A DNA stretch of 64,000 bases, taken from NCBI GenBank assembly GCA_031459915.1, contig JAVKHO010000016.1:9851-73850 (forward strand), given 5' to 3'. Of the stretch, positions 58,618 to 64,000 are shown in pieces. A program made the translations under genes and the position numbers. Below the pieces are notes generated by a model. The model saw only the letters and a program-made list of their open reading frames with translations. It did no database searches and had not been told where the DNA came from. Position 1 is the stretch's first letter, and each line of letters begins with the position of its first letter. The DNA is from Candidatus Tepidifontimicrobium thermophilum. GTDB lineage: Bacteria > Sysuimicrobiota > Sysuimicrobiia > Sysuimicrobiales > Sysuimicrobiaceae.

Positions 58618-58899
58618 CTAGCCCTCCACGGGGGCCTCTGCGACGCCCCGTTCCAGGATCTCCACCACCCGCCACCGCTTCTCCCGCGACAGGGGTCGGG
58701 TCTCCATGATCCGCACCCGGTCGCCCACCCGGCACTCGTTGCGCTCGTCGTGAGCCTTGTACTTCTTGTGCCGCCGCACCGGCTTCTTGTACAGCGGGTG
58801 CCGGAAGGTGGACTCCACCCGGACCACCACCGTCTTGTCCATCCGGTCGCTGACCACGACCCCCACCAGCTCCTTCCGCTTCGGCGCCCGGTCCGCCAT
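58618..58899 (-). CDS. rpsQ: 30S ribosomal protein S17
   Basis: [23 protein letters not shown]. Confidence 0.96.
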   Translation of the reverse strand: MADRAPKRKELVGVVVSDRMDKTVVVRVESTFRHPLYKKPVRRHKKYKAHDERNECRVGDRVRIMETRPLSREKRWRVVEILERGVAEAPVEG

Positions 58900-58910
58900 G
58901 CAGCCCTCCC

Positions 58911-59108
58911 TCACACCCGGATCCCGCGTTCTGCCAGGACGGTCTTCACCCGGGCGATGGCCCGGCGAACCTCCCGCAGCCGGGAGGGGTTCTGGGCCTT
59001 GCCCGCGGCGATCTGCATGCGCAGCTGGAACGCTTCCTGCTCCAGCTCGTCCAGCCGCCGCCGCAGCTCCTCGGGCGTCAGTTCGCGGAGCGCTCGGGCT
59101 TTGACCAC
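58911..59108 (-). CDS. rpmC: 50S ribosomal protein L29
   Basis: LRELT...FQLR...RRAIARVKT. Confidence 0.95.
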   Translation of the reverse strand: MVKARALRELTPEELRRRLDELEQEAFQLRMQIAAGKAQNPSRLREVRRAIARVKTVLAERGIRV

Positions 59109-59118
59109 GTCCGTCCTC

Positions 59119-59547
59119 CTACCCCACGGATCCGGGAAGCTCTTCCCGCTTGACGAACTGGGTGCGGACCGGCAGCTTGTGGCTGGCCAGGGTCATGGCC
59201 TCCCGGGCCACCGCCTCGGTGACCCCCGCCAGCTCGAACAGCACCCGTCCGGGGCGGACCACCGCCACCCAGTACTCCGGGTTGCCCTTGCCGCTGCCCA
59301 TCCGGGTCTCCGCGGGTTTCTTGGTCACGGGCTTGTCCGGGAAGATGCGGATCCACAGCTTGCCTCCCCGCTTGATGTAGCGGGTGATGGTACGCCGGGC
59401 CGCCTCGATCTGAGCCGCGGTGACCCACGCGGGGCTGGTGGCCCGAAGCCCGTACTCTCCGAAGGCCAGGGTGGACCCCGCGTAGCTCAGCCCCTTCATC
59501 CGACCCCGCTGCTGCTTTCGGTACTTCACGCGCTTGGGCATCAGCAT
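59119..59547 (-). CDS. rplP: 50S ribosomal protein L16
   Basis: [23 protein letters not shown]. Confidence 0.97.
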   Translation of the reverse strand: MLMPKRVKYRKQQRGRMKGLSYAGSTLAFGEYGLRATSPAWVTAAQIEAARRTITRYIKRGGKLWIRIFPDKPVTKKPAETRMGSGKGNPEYWVAVVRPGRVLFELAGVTEAVAREAMTLASHKLPVRTQFVKREELPGSVG

Positions 59548-59562
59548 GGCGCCTGCCTCCTG

Positions 59563-60225
59563 TCACCGGGCCCGCACCACGGGGCGCGCCTCGCGCTTCT
59601 CGGGGAACACGTCGCCCCGGTAGATCCACACCTTCACGCCGATGCGGCCGTAGGTGGTGAGCGCCTCTGCGACCCCGAAGTCGATGTCCGCCCGCAGGGT
59701 GTGCAGGGGGACGCGGCCCTCCCGGTACCACTCGTAGCGCGCGATCTCCGCGCCCGCCAGGCGTCCCGAGCAGGAGATGCGGATGCCCTTCGCTCCGGCC
59801 CGCAGGGTCCGCTGGACCGCCTGCTTCATGGCCCGTCGGTGGGCCACCCGACGCTCCAGCTGCTGGGCCACGTTCTCCGCCACCAGCTGGGCCTCCAGGT
59901 CTGGGCGCCGGATCTCCTGCACGTTCAGCTGGACCTCCTTGCCCGTCAGCTCCGCCAGCTCCTTCCGGAGGGCGTCGATCCCGGTGCCTCCCCGTCCGAT
60001 GATGATTCCCGGCCGGGCGGCGTGGACGGTGATCTTGACCACCTTGGACTGCCGCTCGATCTCGATCCGCGGGATCCCGGCCCGGTACAGCTTCTCCTTG
60101 ATGTACTTGCGGATCCGCAGGTCCTCGTGGAGGTAGTCCGCGAAGTGCTTGTCGCTGTACCAGCGGGACTCCCAGTCCCGGATGATCCCGATCCGCAGCC
60201 CCACGGGGTGGACCTTCTGTCCCAC
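59563..60225 (-). CDS. rpsC: 30S ribosomal protein S3
   Basis: [26 protein letters not shown]. Confidence 0.97.
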   Translation of the reverse strand: MGQKVHPVGLRIGIIRDWESRWYSDKHFADYLHEDLRIRKYIKEKLYRAGIPRIEIERQSKVVKITVHAARPGIIIGRGGTGIDALRKELAELTGKEVQLNVQEIRRPDLEAQLVAENVAQQLERRVAHRRAMKQAVQRTLRAGAKGIRISCSGRLAGAEIARYEWYREGRVPLHTLRADIDFGVAEALTTYGRIGVKVWIYRGDVFPEKREARPVVRAR

Positions 60226-60236
60226 GCAACACCTCC

Positions 60237-60581
60237 CTACTCGCGCTCCGCCACTACCACGGTCACGTGGCAGTTGCGCCGGGTCATGACGTCCGCCCGG
60301 CCCCGCGCCCGGGGAACCAAGCGCTTCCACATGCCCCCTCCGGGACCCCGGTCCACCGCGATGCGGGCCACCACGAGGGTGGAGCGGTCCAGCTCCAGGT
60401 TGTGCTCCGCGTTGGCCACGGCCGACCGGACCACCTTCTCCACCACCCGGGCCGCGCGGTGGGGCATGGCCCGCAGCAGCGCCAGGGCCTCGTCCACCGA
60501 CCGCCCCCGGACCACGTCCGCCACCCGCCGTACCTTCCACGGCGACATCCGAATGTACCGGGCCACCGCCCGCGCCTCCAT
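60237..60581 (-). CDS. rplV: 50S ribosomal protein L22
   Basis: [22 protein letters not shown]. Confidence 0.96.
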   Translation of the reverse strand: MEARAVARYIRMSPWKVRRVADVVRGRSVDEALALLRAMPHRAARVVEKVVRSAVANAEHNLELDRSTLVVARIAVDRGPGGGMWKRLVPRARGRADVMTRRNCHVTVVVAERE

Positions 60582-60592
60582 CTCCGTCCTCC

Positions 60593-60880
60593 CTAGCCCT
60601 TCACGCTGGTGGTCCGCTCGGACGAGCCCCCGTGGCCCCGGAAGGTCCGGGTCGGCACGAACTCCCCCAGCTTGTGGCCCACCATGGACTCGGTGACGTA
60701 CACGGGCACGTGCTTGCGTCCGTCGTACACCGCGATGGTGTGGCCCACGAACTCGGGTAGGATGGTGGACCGCCGGGACCACGTCCGGATCACCCGCTTC
60801 TCCCGGCGCTGGTTCAGCTCCCGGATCTTCCGCAGCAGCGGCTCGTCCACGAACGGACCCTTCTTCGTCGAACGCCCCAT
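60593..60880 (-). CDS. rpsS: 30S ribosomal protein S19
   Basis: [23 protein letters not shown]. Confidence 0.97.
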   Translation of the reverse strand: MGRSTKKGPFVDEPLLRKIRELNQRREKRVIRTWSRRSTILPEFVGHTIAVYDGRKHVPVYVTESMVGHKLGEFVPTRTFRGHGGSSERTTSVKG

Positions 60881-60888
60881 ACGGTGCC

Positions 60889-61716
60889 TCACTTCCGCCG
60901 TTTGATGATATCCTTGTCGGACCGCTTCCTCGGCTTGCGGGTCTTCTTGCCCAGGGTGGGTTTGCCCCACGGCGACACGGGGCTGGGCATGCCGATGGGC
61001 GAACGACCCTCGCCGCCCCCGTGAGGGTGGCTGCGGGGGTCCTGGGCCACACCCCGGACCGTGGGCCGGATCCCCAGCCACCGCTTGCGGCCCGCCTTCC
61101 CCAGCTTGATGGCCTCGTGCTCCACGTTGCCCACCTGGCCCACGGTGGCCTTGCACCTCAGGGGGACGCGCCGGACCTCGCCCGAGGGCAGCCGCAGCTG
61201 GGCGTACTCCCCCTCCTTGGCCATGATCTGCGCCGCGGTCCCCGCAGCCCGGACCAGCTGGCCGCCGTGGCCCGGCTGCAGCTCCACGTTGTGCACCAGG
61301 GTCCCCACGGGGATCTTCTCCAGGGGCAAGGCGTTGCCCGGCTTGATCTCCGCCTCGGGCCCGGAGGTCACCACGTCTCCCACCTGCAGACCCACAGGCG
61401 CCAGGATGTAGCGTTTCTCCCCGTCCGCGTAGTGCAGCAGGGCGATGCGGGCGGACCGGTTGGGGTCGTACTCGATGGCTGCCACCCGCGCAGGCACGCC
61501 GTCCTTGTCCCGTTTGAAGTCCACGATCCGGTACAGCCGCTTGTGCCCACCCCCCCGGTGGCGGGTGGTGATCCGTCCCTGGTTGTTCCGGCCCGCGTGG
61601 CGGTGCAGGGACACCACCAGGGACTTCTCCGGCTCGGACCGGGTGATCTCCTGGAAGGTGTACCCGGTGGCGAAGCGCCGGCCCGGCGTGGTCGGTTTGA
61701 ACCGCTTGATCCCCAT
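60889..61716 (-). CDS. rplB: 50S ribosomal protein L2
   Basis: [25 protein letters not shown]. Confidence 0.97.
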   Translation of the reverse strand: MGIKRFKPTTPGRRFATGYTFQEITRSEPEKSLVVSLHRHAGRNNQGRITTRHRGGGHKRLYRIVDFKRDKDGVPARVAAIEYDPNRSARIALLHYADGEKRYILAPVGLQVGDVVTSGPEAEIKPGNALPLEKIPVGTLVHNVELQPGHGGQLVRAAGTAAQIMAKEGEYAQLRLPSGEVRRVPLRCKATVGQVGNVEHEAIKLGKAGRKRWLGIRPTVRGVAQDPRSHPHGGGEGRSPIGMPSPVSPWGKPTLGKKTRKPRKRSDKDIIKRRK

Positions 61717-61726
61717 GGGCACCCTC

Positions 61727-62014
61727 CTACAGCAGCTTCTCCAGGTCGATCTTCTGACCCGGAGCCAGGGTCACCACCGCCTTCTTCCGGTCGGGGGTAC
61801 GGTAGGTGTGCCGGCCCCGGCGCTTGGTCTTGCCCGGGACGTTCAGGGTGTTCACCTTCACCACCCGGACGCCGAACAGCCGCTCCACCGCCTCGCGGAT
61901 CTCGGGCTTGGTGGCGTCCCGCGCCACCTCAAAGGTGTACTTGCCGGCCTCCGCGCCCCGCATGGACTTCTCCGTGATCACCGCCCGGCGCAGGACGTCG
62001 CGGTGGCCCCTCAC
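61727..62014 (-). CDS. rplW: 50S ribosomal protein L23
   Basis: ITEKS, YTFEV, KVNT, KKAVVTL. Confidence 0.96.
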   Translation of the reverse strand: MRGHRDVLRRAVITEKSMRGAEAGKYTFEVARDATKPEIREAVERLFGVRVVKVNTLNVPGKTKRRGRHTYRTPDRKKAVVTLAPGQKIDLEKLL

Positions 62015-62637
62015 GCCAGCACCTCCTCCACCGCACCCAGAGCGTCCCGGCTCACCACGATGCGATCCGCCCACAGCAGGTCCGCCACGTTCAGGGTGTT
62101 GGGGGTGAGCACCGCCACCCGGGGCAGGTTGCGGGCCGCCCGGCCCACGAGCGGGCCTTCCGAGCCCGCCAGGAGAACCACCCGCTGGTCCTCGAGGTCC
62201 AGCTTCCGCAGGAAAGCGGCCACCTCCCGAGTGCGGCCTTCCTGCACCCCGAACCCTTCCACCACCACCAGGCGGCCGGTCTGCGCCGCGTCCGACAGGA
62301 CTGACCGCAGCGCCAGGCGGCGCATCGCCTTGGGCAGCCGCTGGCTGTAGTCGCGGGGCTTGGGTCCGAAGGCCACGCCCCCTCCCACGAAGATGGGAGC
62401 TCGGATGTCGCCGTGCCGGGCGCGGCCGGTACCTTTCTGCCGCCAGATCTTCCGGGTGCTCCCCTCCACCTCACCGCGGGTCTTGGTGGACGCGGTCCCC
62501 TTGCGGGCGTTCGCGTGCTGGGCCACCAGGGCCTGGTGCACCACGGCCGCGTGGGGCCGGATCCCGAACACCTCCTCGGGGAGGTCCACCTCACCCGCTG
62601 GCTCTCCCGTGGCGCTGAACACGGCTACCTTCGGCAT
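62011..62637 (-). CDS. rplD: 50S ribosomal protein L4
   Basis: [23 protein letters not shown]. Confidence 0.97.
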   Translation of the reverse strand: MPKVAVFSATGEPAGEVDLPEEVFGIRPHAAVVHQALVAQHANARKGTASTKTRGEVEGSTRKIWRQKGTGRARHGDIRAPIFVGGGVAFGPKPRDYSQRLPKAMRRLALRSVLSDAAQTGRLVVVEGFGVQEGRTREVAAFLRKLDLEDQRVVLLAGSEGPLVGRAARNLPRVAVLTPNTLNVADLLWADRIVVSRDALGAVEEVLA

Positions 62638-62673
62638 CCCGTCCCTCCACACCGCGTGGACCATCCGACGTCC

Positions 62674-63294
62674 CTAGTCCATCCTGCGGACCATCACCAG
62701 CCCGCCCCGGGGGCCGGGGATCGCGCCGCGGATGAGGAGCAGGTGTCGCTCCGGGTCCACCCGGACCACCCGCAGCCCGCGGATGGTGACCCGCTCCCCC
62801 CCCATGCGCCCCGGCATGCGCTTGCCCTTCCACACGCGGCCGACGCCGGAGGTCCCCAGGGATCCCACGGCCCGGTGCATGAGCGATACGCCGTGGGAGT
62901 CCGCCTGTCCGCCGAACCCGTGGCGCTTCATGGCGCCCGCGAACCCCTTGCCCTTGCTGGTCCCCGTCACCGCCACCCGGTCCCCTTCCCGGAAGACCGT
63001 AACGGAGATCTCCTGGCCCACCTGGTAGTCCTCGCCCTCCGGGAGCCGAACCTCCCGGATCACCCGCCGCGGCGAGACGCCCGCGCGGCGGAACACGCCC
63101 CGCAGGGGGCGGTTCACCCGGCGCTCGGGCACCTCCTCGAACCCCAGCTGGACCGCCCGGTAACCGTCCCGCTCGGGAGTGCGCACCCCCACCACCACGT
63201 TGGGCTGTGCCTCCACCAGGGTCACCGGCACCAGGTTGCCCTGGGCGTCGAACACCTGCGTCATCCCCACCTTCCGTCCCAGGATCGCCGCCAT
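62674..63294 (-). CDS. rplC: 50S ribosomal protein L3
   Basis: KVGMTQ, DGYRAVQ, SKGKGF, MPGRMG. Confidence 0.97.
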   Translation of the reverse strand: MAAILGRKVGMTQVFDAQGNLVPVTLVEAQPNVVVGVRTPERDGYRAVQLGFEEVPERRVNRPLRGVFRRAGVSPRRVIREVRLPEGEDYQVGQEISVTVFREGDRVAVTGTSKGKGFAGAMKRHGFGGQADSHGVSLMHRAVGSLGTSGVGRVWKGKRMPGRMGGERVTIRGLRVVRVDPERHLLLIRGAIPGPRGGLVMVRRMD

Positions 63295-63320
63295 CACACT
63301 CCCTCCCTCGGAGGGTCCGC

Positions 63321-63626
63321 CTACAGCTTGATCTCGATGTCCACACCTGCCGGAAGATCCAGGGTCATCAGGGAGTCCACGGTCTTCTGGGTCGGCTCCA
63401 GGATGTCGATCAGCCGCTTGTGGGTCAGGATCTGGAAGTGCTCCATGGACTCCTTGTCGATGTGCGGACCCCGGATCACGCAGTAGACGCTCCGGTCCGT
63501 GGGCAGCGGGATGGGCCCCCGGATGCGCGCCCCGCTCCGGCGGGCAGCCTCCACCAGGGTGGCCGCGGACTGGTCCAGCAGCCGGTGGTCGTACGCCTTC
63601 AGTTTGATGCGGATCCGCTGCGCCAC
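63321..63626 (-). CDS. rpsJ: 30S ribosomal protein S10
   Basis: [23 protein letters not shown]. Confidence 0.97.
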   Translation of the reverse strand: MAQRIRIKLKAYDHRLLDQSAATLVEAARRSGARIRGPIPLPTDRSVYCVIRGPHIDKESMEHFQILTHKRLIDILEPTQKTVDSLMTLDLPAGVDIEIKL

Positions 63627-63639
63627 GGCCTCCTCCCGT

Positions 63640-64000
63640 CTACTCCAGGATCTTCGTCACCACCCCGGCCCCCACCGTCCGGCCCCCCTCCCGGATCGCA
63701 AACCGCAGCCCCTCCTCCAGCGCAATCGGGCTGATCAGCTCCACCTCTAAATTGATGTTGTCCCCCGGCATCACCATCTCTACCCCCTCCGGCAGCTTCA
63801 CCGTCCCCGTCACGTCCGTCGTCCGAAAATAAAACTGCGGCCGATACCCACTGAAAAACGGCGTGTGCCGACCCCCCTCCTCCTTCGTCAATACATACAC
63901 CTCCGCCAAAAACCTCGTGTGCGGCTTGATCGTCCCAGGCTTCGCCAGCACCATCCCCCGCTCTACATCCTCCCGCTCTACCCCCCGCAGCAACACGCCC
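63640..64000 (-). CDS. tuf: Elongation factor Tu, C-terminal part
   Basis: [44 protein letters not shown]. Confidence 0.97.
   Translation of the reverse strand, partial: GVLLRGVEREDVERGMVLAKPGTIKPHTRFLAEVYVLTKEEGGRHTPFFSGYRPQFYFRTTDVTGTVKLPEGVEMVMPGDNINLEVELISPIALEEGLRFAIREGGRTVGAGVVTKILE

Overview
High-GC bacterial chromosome segment that is mostly housekeeping and mostly on the minus strand. The lineage cannot be fixed from this window; a thermophilic Terrabacteria member is inferred from the Firmicute-like gene content (SpoVS, IreB/ReoM, CsaB, ECF transporter). Left to right it holds: a partial GT2 glycosyltransferase; a REP-associated HUH/Y1 tyrosine transposase (RAYT) flanked by palindromic GTTCCTGG(T/A)ACCGGTTCCAGGTACC repeats, which have expanded into the 3' end of a metallophosphoesterase; an MBL hydrolase; a peptide ABC operon; ACT, PflX-like radical SAM, aeRF1-like (baeRF/Balon-like) and Zn-ADH genes; a MoxR-DUF58-vWA-vWA cluster; a sugar ABC operon; tRNA-Glu, tRNA-Gln, gltX, prs, spoVS; tagA-csaB-DUF5693; frameshifted prfB, secA, DUF3048, hpf; an amino-acid ABC pair; two tandem secreted paralogues; an orphan nuoB-D-I-C module; an atypical MurA (K22V, C115D) directly behind ReoM/IreB; menG, tRNA(CAU) overlapped by truA, the ECF genes; and the complete S10-spc-alpha ribosomal cluster ending in tuf. 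The best candidates for new biology are the RAYT/REP locus that co-duplicates host-gene sequence, the reoM-murA* pair, the membrane-arm-less NuoBDIC module, a structured RNA between rpsK and rpsD, and a truA stop codon lying inside a tRNA. Starts were picked by eye and no database searches were run.
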